64,000 nt of DNA. Source: Candidatus Roizmanbacteria bacterium. Lineage in GTDB: Bacteria > Patescibacteriota > Microgenomatia > UBA1406. The notes beneath the pieces are model-generated. The model did no database searches, was not told the DNA's origin, and saw only the letters and a program-made list of their open reading frames with translations. This document shows, piece after piece, positions 7,451 through 17,900 of the stretch. The position numbers and the translations under genes were made by a program. Each line of letters opens with the position of its first letter. Within the stretch, counting starts at the first letter, position 1. The stretch is from contig JANLHL010000038.1 of the NCBI GenBank assembly GCA_024654535.1, positions 315,824-379,823 on the forward strand. The letters run 5' to 3'.

Positions 7451-8573
7451 ATATTTGTGCTAATGATTGGCTAAACTTTTGCGCGCTGAATTTTTTTTGA
7501 GCTCTTATATATCCCATTGTACCAATTTTTTTACGTATATCTTCAGATGTATAGAGCATATCTAGTGCTGAAAAAAGTTCAGGAACATTATTTTGAGTAA
7601 TTGTTATAGCTGCATTTCCCACTACTTCGCCAATTGCACCGCTGTCTGTTGTAATGATTGGCAAACCACAGGCCATAGCTTCAATGAGAGCCATTCCGTA
7701 TTGTTCTTCCCATGTTGCATTAGATATGCTTGGTAATACAAAAATTTGGGCTTTATGATACAACTGTACAATCGCACTATATCGTAACTTTGTTATTGTC
7801 ACTGCATGACTAAGGCCTTTATGTAAGAGATGAGTACGTATAGTTTTTTCTAGTGGCCCACTACCCAAAATAAAGAGTTGAGCATGTGGGTGTTTTTTAT
7901 ATAAGGCTTCGAATGCGTCGATCAAAACCAATACTCCTTTTTCTCGTACGAGCCTTCCAACAAAGAGAATAGTATGGGGTTGGCTTGACTGTGGATTTGG
8001 GAAGAATAGTTTTGTATCAACGCCAAGAGGAACATGTCTAACGCGGTGCTCAAGAACTCCTTCAAGAAGCAAGGCTTTTTGTGCACGAGTACTGTGGCAT
8101 ATGAATAGATCAGCATGTTTCAAAACAGTGTATTTTTGTAATTTTTTTAATGCTATTGTTTCGTTATTGAAAGGTATGGTATCCCATGACGTGCTTACTA
8201 TGCGGAGACGTCTATTTAGTTTTTTTGCTTTCACAGATTGGAAACTGAAGTGATAGTGAGGGTCAGCGGTATGAACAATATGCGTGTGTTTTAATTTTTG
8301 TTCGAGTCCAAACAGTATATGTTCCCCACCAATGGTTTTACGTGCTATATGGCTGATAGTCTTTGCTAGAAGTTGGAGGTGATGTGAAGACAAGTATGAG
8401 ACGCTATCGGCAATACTTGCTAGACGTACAGTAGGGATCGTCTCATGCGTGCCAATGGGTGTCATGGAGGAGTAGGCAGTGAGGTGATAATTCGTATGCA
8501 ATGGAGCATAATTTTGCATTTCAAAAGGGTTTAAGTATGCACCGCGTACCAGTGCGACGTTAGGTTTAATCAT
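7413..8573 (-). CDS. Glycosyltransferase family 1/4 (GT-B)
   Basis: C-terminal GRLVREKG...PSISNATWEEQYGMALIEAMACGLPIITTDSGAIGEVV (EX7E region). The ATG at 8573 is preferred over the TTG at 8585. Confidence 0.8.
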   Translation of the reverse strand: MIKPNVALVRGAYLNPFEMQNYAPLHTNYHLTAYSSMTPIGTHETIPTVRLASIADSVSYLSSHHLQLLAKTISHIARKTIGGEHILFGLEQKLKHTHIVHTADPHYHFSFQSVKAKKLNRRLRIVSTSWDTIPFNNETIALKKLQKYTVLKHADLFICHSTRAQKALLLEGVLEHRVRHVPLGVDTKLFFPNPQSSQPHTILFVGRLVREKGVLVLIDAFEALYKKHPHAQLFILGSGPLEKTIRTHLLHKGLSHAVTITKLRYSAIVQLYHKAQIFVLPSISNATWEEQYGMALIEAMACGLPIITTDSGAIGEVVGNAAITITQNNVPELFSALDMLYTSEDIRKKIGTMGYIRAQKKFSAQKFSQSLAQIYATLLNPDSDKK

Positions 8574-9597
8574 GGTAAAGAGCAACTATTTTATTTACAA
8601 ATATCTTCCAAGAAAAAGTTGCTCGTAATTTTTGTATATCGACATGTTGAGTAGCATTTAGACAGTGTAGTAGACTCCTATAAAAATCGCGTGGGTTATT
8701 TTTGCTTATATGAATGAATGGAGCAAGCTCGGGAATGGCCGCTTCAGTACAGGATACTACCGGCGTATCTTGCGATAGTGCCTCTACTGTCGGCAAATGA
8801 AAGCTTTCGTACAGAGAGGGGACTGCAAGACATGAGGCCTCGTTGTATAATTTCAAAAGCAGGGAAGTATCTGCATACGGTATTATTATGACATTTTGTT
8901 GATTCAATCCATGGCAGTTAACAGGTGCGTTGCCGACACCTGCTAGGATCAGTTTGTAGGAACTATACTGAGGGTTTGCAACGATTAATTTGAAAGAACG
9001 AATTAATAGTCCTAAATTTTTTATTGGGTGATTCATGCCAACGAAAAGTACAATGTTCTTTCGTTTATATCGAATGCTTTTCTGAATATACGCCGATGGG
9101 ATGCCAAATGGAATTGAATGAATATTGTTGTGATGAGGATACAAGGATTCAAGCTCTGCCTTAATTTTATTTGAGCTTACAACTATATGACGTGCTCGAT
9201 GCATAAGTTGGGAAACTTGTCGATACATTCTCTTATACGAATCTGGGTAGAGATGAGGGTACTTCATAAATGAAAGTCCGTGTATAAAGCCTATTATTGG
9301 ACCATTCGTATACATTGGAAGCGATTGGTTTAATGCAAGGAATATATTTTTTTCGTTATGAGATAAAATCTCAGCAACACTTATGCCAATTTTCATCCAT
9401 CCAATTTTTGGCCAAACCGTCTGTATATGCGAATTACTAATGGTTTCACTACTATTTTCTTGAGTATATATGGTATAGGAATTTGTTTTGTCATAATGTG
9501 TTAATGCGCTAATCAGTTCTTTTGAGAACGTATGAGTCCCGTATATATTTGCTTTGCATGTAGTAAGCGCCCCGCCATCTACTTTAATATTGTACAT
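8566..9597 (-). CDS. Glycosyltransferase family 1 (GT-B)
   Basis: FVGMNHPIKN...PSLYESFHLPTVEALSQDTPVV is a typical GT1 C-terminal domain. Confidence 0.75.
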   Translation of the reverse strand: MYNIKVDGGALTTCKANIYGTHTFSKELISALTHYDKTNSYTIYTQENSSETISNSHIQTVWPKIGWMKIGISVAEILSHNEKNIFLALNQSLPMYTNGPIIGFIHGLSFMKYPHLYPDSYKRMYRQVSQLMHRARHIVVSSNKIKAELESLYPHHNNIHSIPFGIPSAYIQKSIRYKRKNIVLFVGMNHPIKNLGLLIRSFKLIVANPQYSSYKLILAGVGNAPVNCHGLNQQNVIIIPYADTSLLLKLYNEASCLAVPSLYESFHLPTVEALSQDTPVVSCTEAAIPELAPFIHISKNNPRDFYRSLLHCLNATQHVDIQKLRATFSWKIFVNKIVALYHD

Positions 9598-9598
9598 A

Positions 9599-10348
9599 TT
9601 AATTGAACAAAAACATATATATAAAATCTTTTAGTGCGATTAGTTTTTGCTTGTTAATAATTATTGAACAATGTTTTGGAAATGCAATTATTTCATGTAA
9701 TTTTTGTTTTATTGTTCCATACCGAAATAATAATAATAAGCGATTTCTAGTTAGATAATATTCTTTGTTTGGAGTGCTAGTGCTTATATGTGTGTATAGC
9801 TTGTCTGTACGTATTCCAATTGATTTCTCATTCTTTTTTGCGCGTAAACAAAATTCTACATCTTCGTAATACATAAAATACTGTGTATTAAAGTACCCGA
9901 TTTTTTCAAAGACACTACTTTTTATGCACATGAACGAACCTGATACAAAATCTGTTTTTACATATGTATTATTTTCTTTTTTATGAGTGAAGCCTCCTGA
10001 CATATTCAAGTTATCTATGACTCCTCTGTAATATGTCTGTTTTTTTTCACGAAAAGGAAACCCAAAAATATCGAAATGTTGTGCGGTTTCAAGAATTGTT
10101 GCTCGAGTGATTTTATGTATATCTATATCTGGATTTGCTATTATAAGTACGTCTAGTTTATATTTTTGTAATGATCGTATCCCTTTATTGACGGCTTTTG
10201 CGTAGCCGACATTATTTTTTGAGTTGTCAATACACAGCAACATATTAGCATCTGCTATTCTATTGAATTGCTGAATAGCTGAATCCATTTGTTTTTGTTG
10301 TGTGTTGTAAAACACCAGGACAGCTCCTATAGTTTTATTTTTGGGCAT
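9599..10348 (-). CDS. Glycosyltransferase family 2
   Basis: IGAVLVFYNT...CIDNSKNNVGYAKAVNKG...YYEDVEFCLRA resembles rhamnosyltransferase-like GT2. The start at the ATG at 10348 is uncertain; the ORF track extends to a GTG at 10393. Confidence 0.7.
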   Translation of the reverse strand: MPKNKTIGAVLVFYNTQQKQMDSAIQQFNRIADANMLLCIDNSKNNVGYAKAVNKGIRSLQKYKLDVLIIANPDIDIHKITRATILETAQHFDIFGFPFREKKQTYYRGVIDNLNMSGGFTHKKENNTYVKTDFVSGSFMCIKSSVFEKIGYFNTQYFMYYEDVEFCLRAKKNEKSIGIRTDKLYTHISTSTPNKEYYLTRNRLLLLFRYGTIKQKLHEIIAFPKHCSIIINKQKLIALKDFIYMFLFN

Positions 10349-11105
10349 ATTTTTTGCGAATGTATAAATAGTAGAGAAATGCATATGTAGCACATTCCAT
10401 ATATGCGAAGCACAAATCTAGCATGATGCGTTGTAAGCCATCTTTATATCCATATTCTTTAATAAAACGTACCCAAAAAAGATGTGGCCCATGCATGAGC
10501 AATTTTCTAAGTGTAACTGTCTCGTGTTTATTATATTTCTCCCTGGCATCTCTTTTTGCATAGTTGGTGAATTTTATAAGTATTTGTAGTAAAGAATTGT
10601 AAGAATAATGGTCAAGTTTGTTTTTAGTGATTCCTAGAGTTTTATTCGATTGAAAAGTCGCATGTACTCGTTTCTCTGTTACGTACACAGATTTTTTCTT
10701 AAAAAATCGAAGCATACTATACGTTTCGCCAGCATAGTTAAGCTCTTTGCCGAATAAATGATTGCGATAGGGGATCACGTATGCATTTTTTGACGTATTG
10801 GCAAGTATAAGTTTTATCAATTCATTGCCGAGCGCTGTTGAAACTATCTCATCATGATCAAGAAATAAGATCCAATCGCTATGTGCCTTCGATAGGGCAT
10901 ATGTACGTAGCACGCTCTCACTACTGGAGTTATGTTTATAAACATGTGCACCAGCTCTACGCGCTATTAAAGCACTCGTATCGGTGCTTCCATTGTCAAC
11001 GACAATTATTTCATTTGCGTACGTTTGTACGGCGGCAAGTGACTGAGAGAAGAGTTTTCCACCATTTTTCACAATATAAACTACAGAGAGCATATCTTTA
11101 GCCAT
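10335..11105 (-). CDS. Glycosyltransferase family 2; first gene of the glycosylation operon
   Basis: LSVVYIVKNGGKLFSQSL...IIVVDNGSTD...FLDHDE. Confidence 0.8.
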   Translation of the reverse strand: MAKDMLSVVYIVKNGGKLFSQSLAAVQTYANEIIVVDNGSTDTSALIARRAGAHVYKHNSSSESVLRTYALSKAHSDWILFLDHDEIVSTALGNELIKLILANTSKNAYVIPYRNHLFGKELNYAGETYSMLRFFKKKSVYVTEKRVHATFQSNKTLGITKNKLDHYSYNSLLQILIKFTNYAKRDAREKYNKHETVTLRKLLMHGPHLFWVRFIKEYGYKDGLQRIMLDLCFAYMECATYAFLYYLYIRKKYAQK

Positions 11106-11111
11106 GTATGT

Positions 11112-11119
11112 ATTATACA
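11112..11119 (-). promoter_or_regulatory. -10 box TGTATAAT, 6 nt before the ATG at 11105
   Basis: Minus strand reads TGTATAAT-acatac-ATG. Confidence 0.55.
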
Positions 11120-11170
11120 GTCAAAGTTAGTATGAGCGAACCTTTCCTATCTAAATTATGCAATTCAAAC

Positions 11171-11176
11171 TATAAT
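11171..11176 (+). promoter_or_regulatory. -10 box TATAAT, 6 nt before the ATG at 11183
   Basis: TATAAT-acatat-ATG. Confidence 0.5.
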
Positions 11177-11182
11177 ACATAT

Positions 11183-11677
11183 ATGCTGAGCGCAAAGAAC
11201 AGAAAACTACTTGTTTTTATTGTCATTGGTATTGCGAGTATTTTTTCTTTTTTTATTCCACAAGGCGAACTACAGAAAGCGAAAGTCATACGGGTTATAG
11301 ATGGCGACACAGTCGAATTGTCGAATCATAAACATGTACGCTACATTGGCATGAACACACCAGAAATGAACTTCAAAAGTAGCACACCAGAGTGTTATGC
11401 GAAAGAAGCAACTGATTTTAATAAGAAATTAGTACTAGGTAAATCAGTCTATTTGGGCAAAGATATTTCTTACGAAGACAAATACCACAGACTACTTCGG
11501 TATGTGTACGTGAAAAAAAATGACGGATCGAAATTGCTGGTCAATGAAGAGTTGGTGAAACAAGGGTATGCAACTATGTATATATATCCACCCGACGTAC
11601 GGCTTGCACTAAAATTTCTTTTTGCACATGTTGACGCACTCAGACAGGGAAAAGGGCTGTGGGGAGCTTGTCAATAG
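11183..11677 (+). CDS. Secreted/membrane-anchored thermonuclease (SNase) family nuclease
   Basis: TM anchor, then VIRVIDGDTVEL...VRYIGMNTPE...RLLRYVY, typical of micrococcal-nuclease-like proteins. The ORF-track start at 11108 is trimmed to the ATG at 11183. Confidence 0.8.
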   Translation: MLSAKNRKLLVFIVIGIASIFSFFIPQGELQKAKVIRVIDGDTVELSNHKHVRYIGMNTPEMNFKSSTPECYAKEATDFNKKLVLGKSVYLGKDISYEDKYHRLLRYVYVKKNDGSKLLVNEELVKQGYATMYIYPPDVRLALKFLFAHVDALRQGKGLWGACQ

Positions 11678-11689
11678 ATAACAAGTGTG

Positions 11690-11763
11690 TGGATCTGGGT
11701 GGACTTGAACCACCGACCTTTCGAATGTGAATCGAACGCTCTAGCCAGCTGAGCTACAGATCC
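11690..11763 (-). tRNA. tRNA-Val (anticodon CAC), CCA not encoded
   Basis: GGATCTGTAGCTCAGCTGGCTAGAGCGTTCGATTCACATTCGAAAGGTCGGTGGTTCAAGTCCACCCAGATCCA. The anticodon loop is TT-CAC-AT. Confidence 0.9.
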
Positions 11764-11771
11764 TTTTTTGT

Positions 11772-11780
11772 ATTATACCA
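11772..11780 (-). promoter_or_regulatory. Extended -10 TGGTATAAT, 8 nt before the tRNA-Val 5' end
   Basis: Minus strand reads TGGTATAAT-acaaaaaa-GGATCTG. Confidence 0.55.
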
Positions 11781-11815
11781 AACACAAGAGAGTGGAACAT
11801 TGTTTGAAAATTGTA

Positions 11816-12232
11816 TTACGATGTAGTTTCTTTATGCTTCACGAGATATATTGAAAGTCCAAATATGATGAGCATTATTACTTGGCACGACATACATACG
11901 GGACATAATACGCGCTCCCTAAATATTTCAAGAAATGTAAGTCGTAAACAAAAAAGCATGCCGAACGTACTCATGCCTAAAATCAATCCACCCCACTTCT
12001 TAATTGATCCAAACAAGATAGCAATATAGCCGACCAGGCCGACAACAGCTACAGGTATACCAAATATTGTTGCGAGTGAACCTTTTGTCACTGCGTCGCA
12101 ATTGACAGTCGCATTTATCGCACAAAACTCACTTGGTACTGGTGCGAGGTAGTTATATAGAAGATAGATTGCGAGACCTATGCCAACAATAGATAATGCA
12201 GTGATACTTTTGTAAATAGTATTAATTTTCAT
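11816..12232 (-). CDS. Vitamin K epoxide reductase (VKOR) family membrane protein
   Basis: Four TMs, a loop cysteine pair (C..INATVNC) and a CPVC redox motif, plus IFGIPVAVVG. Confidence 0.7.
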   Translation of the reverse strand: MKINTIYKSITALSIVGIGLAIYLLYNYLAPVPSEFCAINATVNCDAVTKGSLATIFGIPVAVVGLVGYIAILFGSIKKWGGLILGMSTFGMLFCLRLTFLEIFRERVLCPVCMSCQVIMLIIFGLSIYLVKHKETTS

Positions 12233-12256
12233 AATAGATAGTGTACATCCTTTTTG

Positions 12257-13222
12257 TTAATTTGTCATTTCTTTATACGTGCGTAGGTAAGAAAGTGTAT
12301 CTTCTGGATTATCAAACTCCATCAGTTTGGTGCGCAGCCAACTCGCTCCAGGAAAATCTGAAATATACATTTTGTAAAATTTCTTCATTATTTGGAAATT
12401 CTTAGTATTGTGCCATGTTTTCGCAAATAACAAAATATGCTTTTCGAGAAGATTAAGTTTTTTCCTCGCAGATAGAGAAGAGAGTTGTATGTGTGGATCA
12501 AATATCCAGGGATTTTTAAATATACCACGACCAATCATTATGCCATCTGCGCCGCATATCTTTGATTTAGATAGGCCATCACTATACGATGCAATATCTC
12601 CGTTTCCAACTATGAGCGTGTTTTTTTTCATTTCGTTTCTTATATCAACAGCTCGTTTTATTTCATCCCAGTGAGCAGGGACAGATGACATTTCACGTAC
12701 TGTACGTGCATGAACAGTTATTGCAGCGAGAGGGAACGATAGAAGAAACCGAATCCAAGGCTCAGTTTCTATAGTGTTATATCCTATACGAGTCTTTACG
12801 CTGACGGGCAATCCATCGGCACCTTTGAGAGTTGCACGAATAATGTTCTCTGCAAGTGCATGATTCTTGATAAGCGCAGCGCACAAACCAGTTTTTACTA
12901 CTTTTTTTTCAGGACAACCCATATTTAAATCTATGCCGTCAAACCCCATTTTTCGTATGACTAGTGCCGCTTCATAATAGTTTTGAGGTGTGCCTCCCCA
13001 TAATTGTGCAATAATAGGACGTTCTTTTTTACTGAAAATAAGTCGATGGATAACCTCTTTTGCTCCATCAGAAAACATGCCGTCAACATTGGTGAATTCG
13101 GTGAAAAATATATCAGGAGGAGCGCATGAAGAAATAATTTGACGAAAGACGGTATCAGTCACGTCTTCCATTGGTGCAAGAGCAAAAAAAGGACGAGGTA
13201 ATGTATTCCAAATACTTTGCAT
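12257..13222 (-). CDS. dus: tRNA-dihydrouridine synthase
   Basis: FALAPMEDVTDTVFRQII...DGIDLNMGCP...VKTRIGY are typical Dus TIM-barrel motifs. Confidence 0.85.
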   Translation of the reverse strand: MQSIWNTLPRPFFALAPMEDVTDTVFRQIISSCAPPDIFFTEFTNVDGMFSDGAKEVIHRLIFSKKERPIIAQLWGGTPQNYYEAALVIRKMGFDGIDLNMGCPEKKVVKTGLCAALIKNHALAENIIRATLKGADGLPVSVKTRIGYNTIETEPWIRFLLSFPLAAITVHARTVREMSSVPAHWDEIKRAVDIRNEMKKNTLIVGNGDIASYSDGLSKSKICGADGIMIGRGIFKNPWIFDPHIQLSSLSARKKLNLLEKHILLFAKTWHNTKNFQIMKKFYKMYISDFPGASWLRTKLMEFDNPEDTLSYLRTYKEMTN

Positions 13223-13223
13223 A

Positions 13224-13949
13224 TTATATAGACAACTTTACTGTTTTTTTAAGTGTATCTTTTGGCTTTAGCATGCTCATTGGTGAATCAAAATACCCAA
13301 CATTCTTAAACACAGGCTCTATACAGGCATATGCAGTATCAAATATAGTCTGATTATTCACGATATTTCTACCTGTCCAGAGTTGAAGAATCGAGAAATC
13401 GGAACCTGTCTCGAGTGTAATTGCAGGTTTATGTTGTATTCGTACTCTATTTTTTTCATGAGCAGGTATATACGTGTCTTTCGCTATCGATCTTGAAATA
13501 TTTTTATTGTTTATCGTTAGCTGTTCCCATCCATCTGGAGTATCCCAATAGTAATGAAGACCAATATTTACGGGAGCGTTAACATTTCCCTGATTCGTAA
13601 CCGTTACTACATGTGTAAAAGAATTGTTTTCAAGCACAAATTGTTGTTCTATACTTAGTATAGATGGGTATGTACCTTCTGGGGGAACTGTGCAACGTAT
13701 GGTACACGCATTTTCTTTTTCACTCTCAATTGACCACTGCCTATTCCGTGCGGATCCGTGTTGTGACAGTCCATACGCTTGTATACCTTCCGCACTAAAG
13801 TTTGGAGCACACACATGAGAGTTTCCAACTTTTCCGTCTACCCTAGTGTAGGTACCCAGTATTTTATGTGAATGAAGCGTAAGCTCATAGATTCTTCCAC
13901 CCTGAATATCTAGTAATAAATGTGATTGAAAACTGCTAATTTTTACCAT
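13224..13949 (-). CDS. Aldose 1-epimerase family protein (hexose-6-phosphate mutarotase-like)
   Basis: QHGSARNRQW and CIEP blocks resemble the YeaD/aldose-epimerase family. Confidence 0.6.
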   Translation of the reverse strand: MVKISSFQSHLLLDIQGGRIYELTLHSHKILGTYTRVDGKVGNSHVCAPNFSAEGIQAYGLSQHGSARNRQWSIESEKENACTIRCTVPPEGTYPSILSIEQQFVLENNSFTHVVTVTNQGNVNAPVNIGLHYYWDTPDGWEQLTINNKNISRSIAKDTYIPAHEKNRVRIQHKPAITLETGSDFSILQLWTGRNIVNNQTIFDTAYACIEPVFKNVGYFDSPMSMLKPKDTLKKTVKLSI

Positions 13950-13956
13950 GTATGTA

Positions 13957-14988
13957 TTATATATCTTTAATTTTCTTAAGCAGCGCTAGCGAGATAAACA
14001 AGGTAACAATTGCGGTACCACCTGCAGAGATAAATGGTAACGGAACACCAACTACGGGGAATAGTCGTAAGTTCATCCCGATATTGAATGCATATTGTAT
14101 GAACACAAACATACATAACCCGACAGCGTAGATTAATGCAGTTCTATTTTTATTATGCTGTGTATCTTTTAGTAAAGAATACATGAAAGCTGTGATCACA
14201 GTGAGTAAGAGCAAGCCACCAATGAAGCCGAATGTTTCTATAAATGAGGCAAAGACAAAATCTGTGTGAGCTTCTGGTAAAAACTGCAACTGCGATTGTG
14301 AAGCGTTTAGTAATCCCTTTCCCATAAAACCTCCGGAACCGATTGCTATAAGTGCTTGCAAGGAGTTATAGTTGATGCCATAAGGATCAAAATGAGGATT
14401 AAGAAATGAAATAATACGATTGAGTTGGTAGTTGTGTAATAAAAATGGGGCTGTGAAAGCGATGGGTATAATGAGAAGTAGTGCTCCCATAATATAACGA
14501 GTTGGAACACCGCTGTATAAATACATCCAAGAGAGAGTTATAAATATAAGTAAACTTGTACCGAGATCAGGCTGTTTAAATACGAGCAACACAGGGATCA
14601 TGATGAGGAAAAATATAAGCAAAAAAGTCTTGAGAGAGCGAATAGGGCCAGAGTTTACTATGCGGGCCAAGCTTAGCGTGAAAAATGGTGTGAAAAATAT
14701 AGAGGGCTGAAAACCCCTATTGAATATACTAAACCATCGACGAGACCCACGAATTGGTGTACCGAATAGTAAGAGAGATGCTAAGGTGATCAAACCAATA
14801 ATACTTATTATATGGATATATGAAAACAATACTCGTGCATGTACAAACCGATTAATTCCTAAGTAAATTAATATGCCAACGAATACATATATGGATTGAT
14901 TGAGTGCATATGCTTTTCCGAAGACAAACTGAATTGCTATCCCAAAACAGCTGAGAAGAATTGCAAAGAAAAATGTCCGATCTTTCAC
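13957..14988 (-). CDS. rodA: SEDS family peptidoglycan polymerase (RodA-like)
   Basis: About 10 TMs, QPDLGT, LPEAHTDFVFA, PLPFISAGGTA. Its start overlaps the ileS stop by 4 nt. Confidence 0.75.
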   Translation of the reverse strand: MKDRTFFFAILLSCFGIAIQFVFGKAYALNQSIYVFVGILIYLGINRFVHARVLFSYIHIISIIGLITLASLLLFGTPIRGSRRWFSIFNRGFQPSIFFTPFFTLSLARIVNSGPIRSLKTFLLIFFLIMIPVLLVFKQPDLGTSLLIFITLSWMYLYSGVPTRYIMGALLLIIPIAFTAPFLLHNYQLNRIISFLNPHFDPYGINYNSLQALIAIGSGGFMGKGLLNASQSQLQFLPEAHTDFVFASFIETFGFIGGLLLLTVITAFMYSLLKDTQHNKNRTALIYAVGLCMFVFIQYAFNIGMNLRLFPVVGVPLPFISAGGTAIVTLFISLALLKKIKDI

Positions 14989-17900
14989 TTTTTCTTGAAT
15001 ATAGCAATTTTTTCACCGATGATTACAGAATCAGCAAGTACTCGTTGTGCAATATATGTTTGGTATTGAGGAGATACAGAAGGTATTGTAATGTCAATGT
15101 GTTCTGTAATGCTACATGATTGATCTTTACGCAGTTGTTGAATCGATCGTATTATATCGCGTACGGCTCCCTCTTTTTTTAACTCATCCGTGAGGCTCGT
15201 GTCAAGCTCTGCGCATATTTGTGAGGTACTTTTCTCTGAAAATTCTACCTTTTTTACATTGAGTTCAATACAAAGATACTCTTGATATTCTTTTATATTT
15301 TGGGGTATTGTAAGACTACCTTTTGGAAGTGTAAAATGTACGCTTGCAAGTGGTTGTCGGACTTTAAGTTGTTTTTCTTTACGTTGACTATGGCCCGCTT
15401 CTGCGAGTGTTCTCAGTAGCACCATGTCCTGTTCAAGCTGTGTATCTCTCCAATGTTTTGAGAGTTGAGGCCAATTTTCCAAATGGACCGATGCTTTTTC
15501 ACCCGAAATAACTTGGTACAATTCTTCAGAGAAAAATGGGAGAAATGCTGAAATCAATATGGTCACAGTATGTAATACGGTGAAGAGTGTGCTATAGAAG
15601 GCATTTTTATCTTCAATATTTGTACTTCCTGTCCACGTTCTATTTCGTGAAAGACGAATATACCACTGAGAAACATCTAGTACGAGACCTTCTATGGCTT
15701 CAGACGCTGCTGAAGGCTTATAAGCATTGAGATTCCGATATACTTTTTCGATCGTATTTACTAATCGTGACAATATCCATTTGTCGAGTAGAGATAGGTG
15801 ACTACTGGCAAGGTGTTCAGTTATGTTTGAATTGCTTGGTTTTTTCCAAGAGTCAAGTTCGGTATAGGTGAGGTAAAATTTAAAAGTGTTCCATAAAGGT
15901 AGATGAAACGCGCGTTTAACCTCGCTAGCTTTTGTATAACCAAAAAGCAAGTTTTTTTTAGGATCTTGTCGTGCATAAATCCACCTCATTACGTCTACTC
16001 CCATTTTGTCTGCTCCTTCCATAAACTCAATCATATTTCCAGACGACTTGTGCATTGGCTTTCCGTGTTCATCTAATAGTGTTGCATAGCCTAAGACGTG
16101 TCGAAATGGTTCAGTATTTTCTAGTCCTGCAGACATTGCGATAAGCGCATAAAACCAGTTTTTGAACTGCCCTGGAAAACTTTCGCTGATAGAATCTGCT
16201 GGAAACCATTGTTTCCAATATTTTTTATCAGTACGATAACTTGCTTTATTTGTTTTGGGATCAATAAGCGTTGAGTAGGGAACAATTCCGGCATCAAGCC
16301 AAGGATTTCCGACGTCAGGTATACGAGAAATTGTTTTACCACAATGAGAGCATTTAATTTTCACGTCATCAATCCACGGTTTATGTGGGGTATGACCTTC
16401 AAATGTTTTCCAACCATGAACAGCTCGATTTTCAAGTTCATCCTCACTGCCAAGTACCTCAAACATTTTACATGAACTACATTCGTAAATTGGTAACGAA
16501 AGCCCCCAATATCGATTTTTTTTACTAATAAGCCAATCGTGCATATTATTGAGCCAATCAAGTTCGCGGCTCAAACCAAATGAAGGTGTCCATTTTATAT
16601 TCTTTGCAATTGTGATCATACGTTGTCTGAGCGTATCTGTTTCGTCTGCAATCTTACCTTTCACCAGTGCTGGTTTATCCATTGCAATATACCATTCATC
16701 AGCAACCTTCCATACAAGCTCTGTTTTGCATCGCCAGCACGCTGGGTATCGGTGTTTAAACTTTTCTATTGAAAATACGCATGAATTACCCATTTTATCC
16801 TGTTCTTCTAGATAGTCGAGAATGATACGGGGATTTTTCTTTGCATTTTTTCCACTCAGGAAACCAAGATTGGGTAGATAATCAGCATTATCGCCAATGA
16901 CTGGTATCATTGGAAGGCTATATTTTTTACCCAGTTTAAAGTCTTCAACACCTGCGCTTACGGCTGTATGAACCTGACCTGTACCTTCGCTGGTAGAAAT
17001 AGGAAGAATGGTATCATCGGTTGCTATAACCGTGTGAAATGTTTTTGGGTTATGTTGAGCAACCTCCCGTACTGCTGGTAGTGCGTCGAAAGGTCCAGAG
17101 TACGTCATTCCAACAAGAGAAGCACCGGATGCAACACGTACGATACGTTTATATACTTTCTTGAATACTCGCTCGACAGAATCTTTTGCAATCCAGAAAT
17201 AGTCTCCACTCATGCCTTCGACGAGTGCATAGTCTAGCTTTGCGTCGACAGCTATAGCGATATTTGCTGGAATTGTCCATGGGGTCGTAGTCCAAATAAG
17301 GAAGAATTCTTTGTTTTTCCCTGTAACTTTAAGCTTGAGGTATATTGTTTCGTGAGTTACGTCTTTATAGTCTTCGGTCAGCATTTCGTGTTGGGAAATT
17401 GCCGTTTCACAGCGAGGGCACCATGGTACAGATTCATGTCCCTTGTATATCCATCCATAATCGAAACACTTTTTTAGATAGTACCAGATCATATAGTTAT
17501 TTTCGTTCGACATGGTGAAGTATGAATTTTCCCAATCCATGAAATATCCCAATCTTTTACTTTGTTCAGTTTGTATAGCGGCATATTTTTTTACACGCTC
17601 TTTACAGAGCATTACAAATTTTGCTATTGATGCCTTTTTATCTCCAGGGACCAGTTCTTCAATTTGTTTTTTATTTTTAATACCTAATTCTTTTTCGACT
17701 TCTACCTCTACCCACAAACCCTGACAATCAAACCCGTTTTGAAAACGTTGTTTATATCCAAGTAAATTATGAAATTTTTGCCACAAATCTTTGTAGGAAC
17801 GTCCCCATCCGTGATGAACTCCCATAGGGTTGTTTGCGGTAATAGGCCCATCTATATAAGAGAACCTTTTTATGCTAGTGTTATTTTTTGATAGATATTT

